A program made the position numbers and the translations under genes. From Nitrospirota bacterium (GTDB taxonomy: Bacteria > Nitrospirota > Thermodesulfovibrionia > Thermodesulfovibrionales > JdFR-88): a DNA stretch of 64,000 bases. Location of the stretch: contig JAKAHV010000011.1 of assembly GCA_021825295.1 (NCBI GenBank), forward strand, positions 17,790 through 81,789. Reading direction: 5' to 3'. Below, piece by piece: positions 14,554 to 24,139 of the stretch; position 1 is the stretch's first letter, and each line of letters opens with the position of its first letter. The notes under the pieces were generated by a model. That model saw only the letters and a program-made list of their open reading frames with translations. It was not told the origin of the DNA and ran no database searches.

Positions 14554-15052
14554 AAACCTTGATGTTCTTCAGGGAGCTCGGGTCCGCCTTCGCGGGATGG
14601 CACATCGCGCAGAAATTCTGCATCTTCGCCCCGCCGGCCGTGTCTACCCTGAGGTACTTGTAATTCGGGTTGGACGGATGGGGGTCATGGCAGCTTACGC
14701 ATTCCAGTTTCCCGTCCCTTAAATCCCATGCCGGCACCTTTGCCACCTTCGGGTTCGGCACTACGTCAAAAGGATGGCTGTGCTCGGGGGAAATGGGATC
14801 TATGCCCATCCCGCCGTTGTTCGGCGTCTGATGGCAGCCGAGGCACAGGGCGGTCACGCCCGAGTAGGGGCGCTTCGTCCTGGGATTGATGAGCTTGCTG
14901 TTGGGCTTCACCGCGAAGATCAACTGGCCCTTCGCCTTGTGGATCGAATGGCAGCCGGTGCACGAGAGGTCGTCATGAGGGCCGAAGGCAAAGGCGTAAG
15001 CGGGCAAGACAAGCAGAAGAAACGAGACAATAAGAACTCTGAACCAGGACAT
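14528..15052 (-). CDS. Tetraheme c-type cytochrome, secreted
   Basis: Four CXXCH motifs (CTGCH, CLGCH, CVSCH, CAMCH). Signal peptide MSWFRVLIVSFLLLVLPAYAFA. AGGAGG sits 6 nt upstream of ATG 15052. The 3' end overlaps the comDE-like gene by 26 nt in convergent orientation. Confidence 0.85.
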   Translation of the reverse strand: MSWFRVLIVSFLLLVLPAYAFAFGPHDDLSCTGCHSIHKAKGQLIFAVKPNSKLINPRTKRPYSGVTALCLGCHQTPNNGGMGIDPISPEHSHPFDVVPNPKVAKVPAWDLRDGKLECVSCHDPHPSNPNYKYLRVDTAGGAKMQNFCAMCHPAKADPSSLKNIKVFSSMDENK

Positions 15053-15086
15053 GATTTTCCCTCCTTGAAAGATTTTGATTTTAAAA

Positions 15087-15115
15087 AGAATACGTATTTC
15101 AAGGGGTTTTGTCAA
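15087..15115 (-). promoter_or_regulatory. Candidate sigma-70 promoter for the tetraheme cytochrome gene
   Basis: On the minus strand: TTGACA (15115-15110), a 17-nt spacer, then TATTCT (15092-15087). Confidence 0.35.
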
Positions 15116-15184
15116 TCATTGCAATCGGTTGGAAATGGGGCAATTTGGCTAACGCCGTGCGGGCGGGCGCTAAGCTGTCAAATG

Positions 15185-15766
15185 CTACAGTTGTCCTGTC
15201 TCGTGGTATTTCCTGATGTAGAGCCTCAGCGCCCTCTGTATGATCCAGTCCATCTGCAGCCCGTTGTCCACGGCTATCTCGTACAGGCTGTCCATTATCT
15301 CTTTTTCCATCAGGGACTGCTTGCCCTCGGCTTCCTCCGGCAGGGCCGTTTCTTTTGAAACCCCGGAGGACTTTTCCCGCTCGCGCGCAAGCAGACTTGA
15401 GAGCATCCGCACATCTCCTTCTCTTGCCGCGCGAAGGATATCCTCCGGCATTTTCACCTGGGCCGCTTCCGGGCCCGGCGGTTCCGCTTGAGGCGGCGCC
15501 TCGGACACGCCCTTTTTCCTCTTTCGGGAAGGCCCTTTTTTTTCTGCCGGTATCTGGATGCCCGACATCCCCATGGCCATCCCGGTCAGCCGTCTTGCGT
15601 ATTCGCCCTCCGGGATGTTCTTCTTCATGAACTCCTCCAGGGTCTTTTCCCCTCCGGCCATCGCCTCCTGAAGCCCGTCAAAAATGAGCCCTTCCCCCCC
15701 CTGGCCTTCCGGGACCGCCCCTTTTCGTCCGGGCGGCTGCGGCAAAGTCCTTCCTTTTTTCGGCAT
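15185..15766 (-). CDS. Hypothetical protein: K/P/E/G-rich, with a C-terminal ribbon-helix-helix-like segment
   Basis: The C-terminus EKEIMDSLYEIAVDNGLQMDWIIQRALRLYIRKY has a strand-helix-helix RHH pattern. I set the start at ATG 15766 because the longer ORF runs into the hairpin repeat. Confidence 0.45.
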   Translation of the reverse strand: MPKKGRTLPQPPGRKGAVPEGQGGEGLIFDGLQEAMAGGEKTLEEFMKKNIPEGEYARRLTGMAMGMSGIQIPAEKKGPSRKRKKGVSEAPPQAEPPGPEAAQVKMPEDILRAAREGDVRMLSSLLAREREKSSGVSKETALPEEAEGKQSLMEKEIMDSLYEIAVDNGLQMDWIIQRALRLYIRKYHETGQL

Positions 15767-15774
15767 GATCTGAA

Positions 15775-15813
15775 CACCCTCTCCCAACCCTCTCCCCCCA
15801 GGGGAAAGGGTTT
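15775..15813. repeat. CCCTCTCCC/GGGAGAGGG hairpin repeat, copy 2
   Basis: CACCCTCTCCCAACCCTCTCCCC-CCA-GGGGAAAGGGTT, lying between two minus-strand genes. Confidence 0.7.
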
Positions 15814-15857
15814 AACAAGATTCATGAAGATATCTAAATAATAGCACGCGCAGACGA

Positions 15858-16793
15858 TTATTGATTGCCAACCGGGCCGTAGTGGTCTCCCGGGGGATGG
15901 ATTTTGCGTATGAAGGAGGTATCGAATATCTCGTCCTCCGAAAGCTCGCGCCCGATATAGCCCATCCGCTTCATCGCCTTCACAAAGTCCATAGTCCCCT
16001 CGATGAATTCACGTGTAAGCTGGGCGCAATACCTGGGGGAAATGCCTATCGCCTCCAGGACAAAATCCTCATCGGCCACGCCCGTGTACGATGCGATCCT
16101 CCCGGCGCACAGGGCGGGCTGCCTCCGCATCATCTCCGTGGCCTCCTCGTGTTTTTTCAAAAAGTTTTCTATGACTTCAGGGTGGGCGTTCAAAAATCCG
16201 GATTCCGCCGCGATCCCGTAGCTCGGGTTTCCGGGCCAGATCATATGCGGTGGGACCAGCACCTTGCCGCCCGCGTAGCGCCTGATTGCTACGGCAAGCG
16301 CCGGGGTGCCAATCGCCGCCCGGACCTGCCCTTTTATCAGTGCCTCCGTGATGGCGTCCGCCCACTTGAAATTGACCACTTCGACCTCTCCGCGAAGGCC
16401 GGAGCGCTCCAGGCAATCCGCGAGGATAATGTCATGAATAGACCCTTTGCCCGGCACGCCTATCCTGGACCCCTTCAACTGGCCCAGCGCCTCCCCAAGG
16501 CCGGCTGCCTGCGGATAGCCTCTGAGGTCCGCCCCGCCGGAGAGGACGGTGCCTTCCATATGCCCGCCGGCGACACACCTTATCGCCACTGCCCGCTCCA
16601 TGCCGATTACGGCCGGGGGAAGCCCGATGTACGCAAGATCGATCGCGCCTTCTCTAAAGGCCTCCACAATCGCCGGCCCCGTGCCAAACAGCTTCCACTC
16701 GATCTCAACGCCGGGAAGGCAGCCTTCAGGTCCGGACATGAGCAGGACCGCAGTGTGATAGAATGTGGATAAGTGGCCGATCCTTAAATCCAT
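15858..16793 (-). CDS. Periplasmic-binding-protein-fold protein (NMT1/SsuA/TauA-like), no signal peptide
   Basis: 311 aa with IGHLSTFYHTAVLL, GAIDLAYIGLPPAVIG and VAGGHMEGTVL. The N-terminus is not hydrophobic, so the protein is probably cytoplasmic. Confidence 0.5.
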   Translation of the reverse strand: MDLRIGHLSTFYHTAVLLMSGPEGCLPGVEIEWKLFGTGPAIVEAFREGAIDLAYIGLPPAVIGMERAVAIRCVAGGHMEGTVLSGGADLRGYPQAAGLGEALGQLKGSRIGVPGKGSIHDIILADCLERSGLRGEVEVVNFKWADAITEALIKGQVRAAIGTPALAVAIRRYAGGKVLVPPHMIWPGNPSYGIAAESGFLNAHPEVIENFLKKHEEATEMMRRQPALCAGRIASYTGVADEDFVLEAIGISPRYCAQLTREFIEGTMDFVKAMKRMGYIGRELSEDEIFDTSFIRKIHPPGDHYGPVGNQ

Positions 16794-16893
16794 AGAAGCT
16801 CACGCATCTCCATGATTTTTAGTTTAACAGGATGCCGGACTGAATCGAAAGACAAAGACCCGAAAACGCAATGTCAATACAAGGAGGCACCGG

Positions 16894-18267
16894 ATGATCA
16901 CTCAAAAAACAGGTGAAAAAGCGGTGAAAAAGGCAGGCGCCGGAAAAAAACCGGAAGGGCATCTTGAGCTTATCGAAAAGATACGCTCCAGGGAGGCGCG
17001 GGTGGGCGTAATCGGGCTTGGATACGTGGGCCTGCCCCTTGTCTTTGAGTTCTCGCGCGCCGGCTTCGACGTGACGGGATTCGATATAGACTCCGAAAAG
17101 GTGAATCTCCTCAAACAGGGCAAAAGCTATATCAGCCATATCAATGAGAAAAAGATAAAGGCGCTTAAATCCTTCACTCCGACGTCCGATTTTTCCCGCA
17201 TTTTTGAGATGGACTGCGTCATCGTCTGCGTTCCCACCCCCTTGAACGCCAACCGGGAACCCGATATGACGTACGTCTTTGGCACGGCGGAATCCATAGC
17301 CGCCCATCTGAGGGCGGGACAGCTCATAGTGCTTGAGTCCACCACATACCCCGGCACTACCGGCCAGGACATGCGGGCGATACTTGAGCGTAACAAGGGC
17401 GGACTGAAGGCCGGCGTGGATTTCTATCTGGCCTATTCGCCGGAGCGCGAAGACCCGAACAACAGGGACTTTTCGACCCATACAATCCCCAAGGTAGTCG
17501 GCGGTTACACGCAAAAATGCCTGCAGGCGGCAAAGACCCTCTACGACACGATTGTGGTCCGGACCGTTCCGGTCTCCTCCACGCGGGTGGCGGAGACGAC
17601 AAAGCTGCTGGAGAATATTTACAGGGCAGTCAACATAGCCCTGGTCAACGAATTGAAGGGCCTCTTTGAGCGGATGGATATCGACATCTGGGAAGTCATC
17701 GAGGCATCCAAAACGAAACCCTTCGGGTTTCAGGCGTTCTACCCCGGCCCCGGCCTCGGCGGCCACTGCATCCCCATAGACCCGTTTTATCTCACCTGGA
17801 AGGCCAGGGAGTTCGACTGCCCGACCAAGTTCATCGAGCTGGCCGGCGAGATCAATACCGCGATGCCATACAGGGTGGTGGAGCGGACCGGGGAGGCGCT
17901 GAACGGACAGGGCAAGTGCCTGAAGGGGGCCAAAATCCTCGTCCTCGGACTGGCCTACAAAAAGGATGTGGACGACCCCAGGGAATCCCCGTCGTTCAAG
18001 CTGATAGAGCTGCTGGAGGGCAAAGGCGCCCTCGTAGACTACAACGACCCCTTCATACCCGCGGCCCCGAAGATGAGGCGCTTCCTGGTGGAGAAGACAT
18101 CGGTGCCACTGACCACGGAAAATCTCGCATCCTACGACTGCGTGCTCATCGCGACCGGCCATTCGGATTACGACCCGGGGTTCATCCTGGAGCATTCGAA
18201 ACTCATAGTGGACACGCGCAACCTCATCAAAGGCGGCAGGGGCTCGGGAAAGGTGGTAAAGGCATAG
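16894..18267 (+). CDS. UDP-N-acetyl-hexosamine 6-dehydrogenase family (WbpA/WecC/TviB-like nucleotide-sugar dehydrogenase)
   Basis: RVGVIGLGYVGLPLVFEF (NAD fold) and the catalytic Cys region GLGGHCIPIDP. Confidence 0.8.
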   Translation: MITQKTGEKAVKKAGAGKKPEGHLELIEKIRSREARVGVIGLGYVGLPLVFEFSRAGFDVTGFDIDSEKVNLLKQGKSYISHINEKKIKALKSFTPTSDFSRIFEMDCVIVCVPTPLNANREPDMTYVFGTAESIAAHLRAGQLIVLESTTYPGTTGQDMRAILERNKGGLKAGVDFYLAYSPEREDPNNRDFSTHTIPKVVGGYTQKCLQAAKTLYDTIVVRTVPVSSTRVAETTKLLENIYRAVNIALVNELKGLFERMDIDIWEVIEASKTKPFGFQAFYPGPGLGGHCIPIDPFYLTWKAREFDCPTKFIELAGEINTAMPYRVVERTGEALNGQGKCLKGAKILVLGLAYKKDVDDPRESPSFKLIELLEGKGALVDYNDPFIPAAPKMRRFLVEKTSVPLTTENLASYDCVLIATGHSDYDPGFILEHSKLIVDTRNLIKGGRGSGKVVKA

Positions 18268-18348
18268 ACCTGCGGGAATTTTTTTCTTTATACTAGAAGG
18301 GAAAATCTTTCCGCGGAGGTCTTTTACATTAACAGGGCCGCCATACTC

Positions 18349-19062
18349 ATGTATCACGGCATCGGCGTTCCCCCGGAGGGCGTGCGGATGCGGGGGCTTT
18401 ATGTGACGCCGCGCATGTTCCGCTTCCAGATGTGGTATCTGAAAGCCGCGGGGTTTAAGGTTGTCTCCCTGAATGAGATACTCGATTTCGTCCGTGGGGG
18501 ACAGCCGGCGGGAAGACTGATCGCGCTTACCTTCGACGACGGATATATGGATTTCCATGAAAACGCATGGCCCGTCCTGAAAAGATACGGCTATCCTTCC
18601 ACCGTCTTCCTGGTGCCCGGACTTGCCGGCGGGTCGAATGACTGGGACTCCGGAAAGCTTGGGGCAAGAAAAAAGCTGATGGATTGGGGAAAGGTGAGGG
18701 AGCTTTCGGCGGGCGGGGTGATCTTCGGCGCCCACACGATGACCCACCCGCACCTGACTGAAATCCCTCCGGCCCAAATGAAAGAGGAAATCCGGGGATC
18801 AAAAAATGCAATCGAGGAGCAGACCGGCCGTCCTGTGGAGTTTTTCTGCTATCCCTACGGCGACTACGACAGCACGGTGTCGCGCGAGGCCAGGGAGGCC
18901 GGCTTCCTCGGCGCAACCACGGTGGGAAGGGGATTCACCCTTAACGGCGACGATCCGTTTGAGTTAAAGCGGATTCCCATACGGCTAAACACCTGGCCGC
19001 TTTCCTTCATCTATAAACTCCACTCGGCCTACGAGGTGCGGAAATCGTCCGCGGGACGCTAG
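18349..19062 (+). CDS. Polysaccharide deacetylase (NodB domain)
   Basis: LTFDDGYMDF and GAHTMTHPHL motifs. There is no ATG/GTG/TTG in frame between stop 18265 and ATG 18349. Confidence 0.8.
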   Translation: MYHGIGVPPEGVRMRGLYVTPRMFRFQMWYLKAAGFKVVSLNEILDFVRGGQPAGRLIALTFDDGYMDFHENAWPVLKRYGYPSTVFLVPGLAGGSNDWDSGKLGARKKLMDWGKVRELSAGGVIFGAHTMTHPHLTEIPPAQMKEEIRGSKNAIEEQTGRPVEFFCYPYGDYDSTVSREAREAGFLGATTVGRGFTLNGDDPFELKRIPIRLNTWPLSFIYKLHSAYEVRKSSAGR

Positions 19063-20129
19063 TCGAAATATTCCCCCAGGATCTTCATGTGCTCGCGCGC
19101 TGAAATGTCCCATCCGAACTGCCCCGACCTCGAAAGCCCCCTTTTGATCAGGTCCTTTCTTTTTTCCTCGTCTGTGAGGACTTCGTACATGCCCTCCGCG
19201 ATGCTTTCGATATCAAGGGGGTCCACATACAGGCTCGCGTCCCCATAGATCTCGCGCATGCCGCCCGCGCCGGAAACCACGGTCGGGCAGCCGCAGGCCA
19301 TCGCCTCCAGCGGCGGCAGGCCGAACCCCTCATACAGGGACGGCTGGACCAGCAGGGCCGCCTTTCTGTACAGGTCTGTCAATTGCCCGTCCGAGACATT
19401 TTCAAGAAATACAATCCTGTTGAAGATATTTTCGCCTATCGGTATCTTCCTGAAATATTGCCTTTTGCCCGTGATCCTGAGCCCCGCATCAACCCCGTAT
19501 TTTTTTATGAGAAGCTCGTAGGCCTTAAGCAGCCGCTCGGGATTTTTGGTCGGAGACAGCCTGCCCACAAAAAGTATGTAGCCCTCGGTCTTGCAGCCCG
19601 GCACATACGAGAATTTTTCATCTATGCCGTTATATATGACCGCTATCCTCGATTCCGGGACCCTGAAATTCTCCATTATGAGCCGCTTGGAATCGTTCGA
19701 GACCGTTATGACCTTCAGGGATTTCCGCAGGGCCGCGGGCAGCAGATATTTGAAATAAGGGACCTGTTTTTTATGGAACTCCGGGAACAATACCGGTATC
19801 AGGTCATGCACGGCCAATATCTGCCTGCCGAGCGCCGAGGCCTCGAGCTGGGACATGTTGAAAACAACCTCATTCGATTTCCGCAGTAGTATATTGGTCC
19901 ACATGAGCCTCAGGAGATGGCCCCTGAAGCCGAAGTCCGGCGAGAGCGCTCCGCTTGCCAGCCGGAGCCTGCCGTCTGTTTTCACATCTTCAAAATGGAT
20001 TTTAGCCTTTTCGTTTATGTAGAGCCTGAACGGACGGTCCCAGCCGGAGAGGAAACGCCTGGAAAGGGAAAAAGAATATCTGCCAAGCCCAGTCAGCCGG
20101 CTTCCGATGCAGGTCGCGTTTATTATCAT
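19059..20129 (-). CDS. Glycosyltransferase family 4 (GT-B)
   Basis: C-terminal EGFGLPPLEAMACGCPTVVS motif. Convergent 4-nt overlap with the deacetylase gene. Confidence 0.85.
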   Translation of the reverse strand: MIINATCIGSRLTGLGRYSFSLSRRFLSGWDRPFRLYINEKAKIHFEDVKTDGRLRLASGALSPDFGFRGHLLRLMWTNILLRKSNEVVFNMSQLEASALGRQILAVHDLIPVLFPEFHKKQVPYFKYLLPAALRKSLKVITVSNDSKRLIMENFRVPESRIAVIYNGIDEKFSYVPGCKTEGYILFVGRLSPTKNPERLLKAYELLIKKYGVDAGLRITGKRQYFRKIPIGENIFNRIVFLENVSDGQLTDLYRKAALLVQPSLYEGFGLPPLEAMACGCPTVVSGAGGMREIYGDASLYVDPLDIESIAEGMYEVLTDEEKRKDLIKRGLSRSGQFGWDISAREHMKILGEYFD

Positions 20130-20187
20130 ACCGTTTCATTATACCGGTATTTTATCTTCCGGTTTTCTAGCGGGTTATTAAAATTTT

Positions 20188-20467
20188 TGTAGTGAGTCAG
20201 TTTGATTTGCCGGACGATGACGATTTCGCTTTTTGGGGCTTTTTTTCTGCCGCTGCGGGGATTTGGGGGCAGGAGCGGCTGGTATCTGCCTGTTCCTGAA
20301 GAGAAGCGAAGAGCGGACGGATCACGGCGTGCCGCATCTTAACAAGGGCCTGATATTCGCCATTGGCGGCAACTTAAATCCCACCTTGGCGGGACTTACG
20401 CCCGGAACCGCGCGCTGAACGGAAGGAACGGGCAGATACCAGCCTTGCCACCTGCATAAGGTTCTGG
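20188..20467. mobile_element. ~280-bp MITE-like element flanked by the direct repeat AAATTTT(TG)
   Basis: Flanks AAATTTTTG at 20181-20189 and 20468-20476. The left end TGTAGTGAGTCAGTTTGATTTGCC is homologous to both ends of the element at 23119-23378. It carries the hairpin module 20277-20444. It lies between two minus-strand operon genes. Confidence 0.6.
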
Positions 20468-20483
20468 AAATTTTTGGCGGGAT

Positions 20484-22238
20484 TTACCTGCCCTTCAGGA
20501 ACAGGTGGTAGACGCCCTTGGCGAATCCGCCTACGAGGGGTATTTTTTTGATTTTTTCCTTTTTCCGCAGGCCCAGACCGACCAGTGAGTTTTTAAGCCC
20601 GCCCCCCGCATTCGCCCGAGTGTATTTCTGACCGTAATTTCCATTGCCCGGCCGGGCGTTTTTCGCCTCGGGGGCAGCGGACAAGCCGGCCGCTGGCAGG
20701 TCCTGGAAAATCGGGGCCAGCCGTTTCTGGCTGAGGGGCAGCCTTTCGGACAAGGTCGAAAGCTCGAGCCTCGAATGCGATGCGACGAAGATAGAACGCG
20801 CGTTTTGAACGCCCGGTGAGAGCGTGACAGGCCATTCAAGCGGAAAATCCATATAATCCGGCTGGCTGACTGAAACGTACACATAGGGGAAGTACTTCTT
20901 CAATTCCGCCACAATCCAGTCCCTGGCGGGCCTGCATCCCAGCCCCTCGAAACTCTGGTTGGGGTTGTCCCGGTTCTCGCCGACAAGGTTTATGCTTCCA
21001 TTGTCGGAGAGATTCACGCAGGTCTCAAGCAACATGAGCCCCGTGCAGACATTCGAGAGGTCTTTTAAGCAAAGAGCAGGGTCCTTCAGGTGATACAGCG
21101 TCCCGTAGCAGTAAACGACATCGAATTTGCCGAACCTGTCGTGGCTGCCGGAGACCGAGAGGTCCGCGACTTCCGCCCTCCTGCCCGGATAGCGCCGGAG
21201 GATTTCCTGCACGTTGCCGGGCCTTGCGTCAGTCGACAGGGCGCTGCAGCCAAGCTTCTCGAAAAACCCCGCATGCCAGCCGACACCCGCGCCCACCTCG
21301 AGGACCGATTTGCCGGCCAGGTCCAGCCCCAGCGAGGCAAGGTGGTCCTGCCTGGCCCTGTTTATGGCCATGGCGTCCGGGTAATCGAATGTGGCAAACT
21401 CGCTCGCAGTCTGGTCCAGGGGCAGGATTTCCACACGCGGCCTGATGTCTTCTTTTTTCCTTATAAGCCCGAAGGGTCTGATCCCCTTGTAGCCGCCGGG
21501 CGGTACGCTGGGATGGCCCCAGACATGGGAATCGGCTATCTCCGTCCGCTTCAGCTCCAGGAACGCGTTAAAGGAGTCCACCGTGTCGCCGGCCCATGGA
21601 AAGACGCCGGCATAGACGTTCCTGTCGTGCAGGTCGTCGCAGAGGGCAAGGCCGCCCTGCCTCAGAAACGGCCAGAAGCTTTTGAGGTCGTTGAACAGGC
21701 CCCGGCCAGTGTGTTTGCCGTCCACGAATATGAGGTCGAACTCGTTGTCCTCGAGAATCCTCACAAGCTCCGGTATAAGGTTCCACCTCGCCTCGCCGGA
21801 GCCGTTGTCCTCGTTGTCCCCGCTGCCTTCAGGCTGGGTATTGGCCTTGTAAAACCTCACGCGCTCCGTGGGGAAGCCTTTTTCGCGGCACCACGCGTGA
21901 ATATGCTGCCGCACGAAATCTATGTTGTTCACCGGGAAGCTGTAAGCGGAGCTGTAAATCCCCAGGTCCACCGATACGAACAGCTCTATCTGCGGCGAGG
22001 CGGCAAGCGCGGTGGCCGCGCTCATGCCGAAAGCAGTCCCTATCTCAAGGACCTTGCGGGGAGATTCGTTCCGGACTATGCCGTAGAAGGCGGGATAATA
22101 GGTCTCGTCCTCCGAGGCGGCGGTTTCCTCCCAGGGATGGCCCGAAAGGAGCCCGAACTTCCCGAAGATGTCCCTGCCCCGGATGACCGGGTTCGATTCC
22201 AAATCCCCGCAGACATCAACAAAAGGCCTCTTCCCCAT
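20484..22238 (-). CDS. Protein with two class I SAM-methyltransferase domains
   Basis: Domain 1 has VLEIGTAFGMSAATALA ... IFVDGKH (O-MT family 3-like). Domain 2 has VLEVGAGVGWHAGFFEKLG ... FDVVYCYGTLYHL. I chose ATG 22238 (GAGAGGA upstream); the longer ORF overlaps the upstream gene. Confidence 0.75.
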   Translation of the reverse strand: MGKRPFVDVCGDLESNPVIRGRDIFGKFGLLSGHPWEETAASEDETYYPAFYGIVRNESPRKVLEIGTAFGMSAATALAASPQIELFVSVDLGIYSSAYSFPVNNIDFVRQHIHAWCREKGFPTERVRFYKANTQPEGSGDNEDNGSGEARWNLIPELVRILEDNEFDLIFVDGKHTGRGLFNDLKSFWPFLRQGGLALCDDLHDRNVYAGVFPWAGDTVDSFNAFLELKRTEIADSHVWGHPSVPPGGYKGIRPFGLIRKKEDIRPRVEILPLDQTASEFATFDYPDAMAINRARQDHLASLGLDLAGKSVLEVGAGVGWHAGFFEKLGCSALSTDARPGNVQEILRRYPGRRAEVADLSVSGSHDRFGKFDVVYCYGTLYHLKDPALCLKDLSNVCTGLMLLETCVNLSDNGSINLVGENRDNPNQSFEGLGCRPARDWIVAELKKYFPYVYVSVSQPDYMDFPLEWPVTLSPGVQNARSIFVASHSRLELSTLSERLPLSQKRLAPIFQDLPAAGLSAAPEAKNARPGNGNYGQKYTRANAGGGLKNSLVGLGLRKKEKIKKIPLVGGFAKGVYHLFLKGR

Positions 22239-22252
22239 CTCTGAATCCTCTC

Positions 22253-23023
22253 TCAGATCAGCCCGGCCACTATCAATGTATGCCATCCCAGCTTCTTCTC
22301 CAGCATGCGGAACATCTCCTTTGGCATGGCATCGAACCAGGGCTGCCTCACATACTCGTACTGCTTGTACTTTTCGACAACGTAGGGGAAGATATGCTCC
22401 TGCTCTATGCTTATTATCCGGTAGCCCTTGAGGAACTCCCTGATTTCATCGTGGGAATACGTGTAGGCCACGGGGCAGCCGCTTTGCGCCTCCGGCTGAT
22501 CGAAGCCCGCCTCGATCATGAAGGACTTCCATGAGTTCTTCGCATAAAGCATCAGCCTGAATTCGGAGCCGGCCCCCATATAGTTTTTGACGGCCGCGAT
22601 AACCCTTTCAGGATTGGGCGTATGATGAATGACGCCGAAGGAGTATACGAGGTCGAATTTCTGCGCCGGGACAATACTGCCAAGCTCCTCCGCGTTGCCC
22701 TGGTAGAAACTGCCCTTCAGGCCATAGACTTCGAAGCGCTGCCGGGCGAGTTTAAGGCTTTCCCCGGACAGCTCGAGCGCCGTGTAATCCGCGCCCGCCC
22801 TTGCGAAGTTGACCGCGTCGGTGCCTATCCCGCAGCCGATCTCAAGGACCTTTTTCCCCTTCCACCTGTTAAAATCCGCGAAGACCGGTATATGGGGTTC
22901 CACAAAATACTTTCTGGCCTCCACCTGGTCGAAGTACTCAAGGGTGCCCACTGGCTGGCTTGAGTGCCCGATGTTGCAGGGACGCCGGTTCCAGTAGTCA
23001 CGGACCTCCGTTATCTTATCCAC
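22253..23023 (-). CDS. Class I SAM-dependent methyltransferase
   Basis: [19 protein letters not shown] motif I; 256 aa. Confidence 0.85.
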   Translation of the reverse strand: MDKITEVRDYWNRRPCNIGHSSQPVGTLEYFDQVEARKYFVEPHIPVFADFNRWKGKKVLEIGCGIGTDAVNFARAGADYTALELSGESLKLARQRFEVYGLKGSFYQGNAEELGSIVPAQKFDLVYSFGVIHHTPNPERVIAAVKNYMGAGSEFRLMLYAKNSWKSFMIEAGFDQPEAQSGCPVAYTYSHDEIREFLKGYRIISIEQEHIFPYVVEKYKQYEYVRQPWFDAMPKEMFRMLEKKLGWHTLIVAGLI

Positions 23024-23118
23024 GCTCGTGTCTCTCCCCTCACGCGATTTCCCCTGCCATCTCTGAAGGCATAATAATAGCAGAAAAAATGAAAAACTTT
23101 CACCCGCCTTCCCCTCGG

Positions 23119-23378
23119 TGTAGTGGGTCAGTTTTGACTATGCAGGCCGGGCAGATGGCGTATTGAGCGACATGGCTTATTTTCGTTTTTTCGCGCCGAT
23201 GCCGGCGAAGCGAAGCGGCCGCATCTCCGGCTGTCTGAGCCGAAGGGGATCAGTCCCAACGGGCAAGTCCCCGAAGGCGAGTTTCGGAGATGCAGCCGAG
23301 CGAGGCCATGCAGCGGCAGAAAATAAGCCCCAAAAAGCGAAATCGCCATCGCCTGGCAAATCAGACTGATTCATTACC
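23119..23378. mobile_element. 260-bp MITE-like element with ~40-nt imperfect TIRs and an 8-bp target-site duplication CCCCTCGG
   Basis: Left end GTAGTGGGTCAGTTTTGACTATGCAGGC; reverse complement of the right end GTAATGAATCAGTCTGATTTGCCAGGC. CCCCTCGG occurs at 23111-23118 and 23379-23386. The interior is a long hairpin (..GCCGCATCTCCGG...CGGAGATGCAGC..). Confidence 0.65.
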
Positions 23379-23412
23379 CCCCTCGGGAGTGCCTTGAAAA
23401 ATGCCGGCCGGC

Positions 23413-24138
23413 TCATTTCGTCCCGCTCTTTCTTGCGACCGCTATTACCGACAGGCCAAATGGCATGTCAAACCTTTCAGCCAGGAAATTTTCCGCCCTC
23501 ATCAGCGTCTTCAGGACATTGTTCACAAGCGGGTTCACCTCTTTCAAATCCGACCCCCTGCCCCTGGCAAGGACCCTTCCGGCGGCGGCCAGCGGAAAGA
23601 GAAAAGTCATCCGGTAGGCGAGTTTTGTCCTTTCGAGGCCGCATGAATCCAGGAGCTTTCCAAGGGCCGCCGCCGTGTATCTTCTCTGCCCGTGGGCGAC
23701 CCGGTCATGTCCGGATTTCAGCCATTGATATGCCGGCAGTTGGATGAAAAGAAAGCCGCCTGGTTCAAGGACGCGGACCATCTCCCTGAGCGCGGCAAGG
23801 TCGCTCTTTACCTCGCGGTGATAAAGGACGTCCAGGGATACGACCCCCGAAAACGTCCCGGATTCGAACGGCAGGGCTTCCACCGTTCCCCTGCATATGT
23901 TTTCAATCCCTCTCTGCCGGCAGTAACCGAGTGCAGTCTCCGACACATCCACACCGGCGACCGCGTAGTCTTTTTTCAGGGCCGAAAGCAGCCCCCCGGC
24001 GCCGCAGCCGGCGTCAAGAATCCTTGCTCCGGATTTTACATGCCTTTTTATGAGGCGGGCAAAAAAACTGTTGGTGCCGTAATACCACCAGTGGGTGCCG
24101 GAAAGCCGGGCGTGAATGCCGTACTGAACTTCATCCAT
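23413..24138 (-). CDS. Class I SAM-dependent methyltransferase
   Basis: RILDAGCGAGGLLSAL motif I; 241 aa. One nucleotide separates it from the upstream gene. Confidence 0.85.
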   Translation of the reverse strand: MDEVQYGIHARLSGTHWWYYGTNSFFARLIKRHVKSGARILDAGCGAGGLLSALKKDYAVAGVDVSETALGYCRQRGIENICRGTVEALPFESGTFSGVVSLDVLYHREVKSDLAALREMVRVLEPGGFLFIQLPAYQWLKSGHDRVAHGQRRYTAAALGKLLDSCGLERTKLAYRMTFLFPLAAAGRVLARGRGSDLKEVNPLVNNVLKTLMRAENFLAERFDMPFGLSVIAVARKSGTK

Positions 24139-24139
24139 C

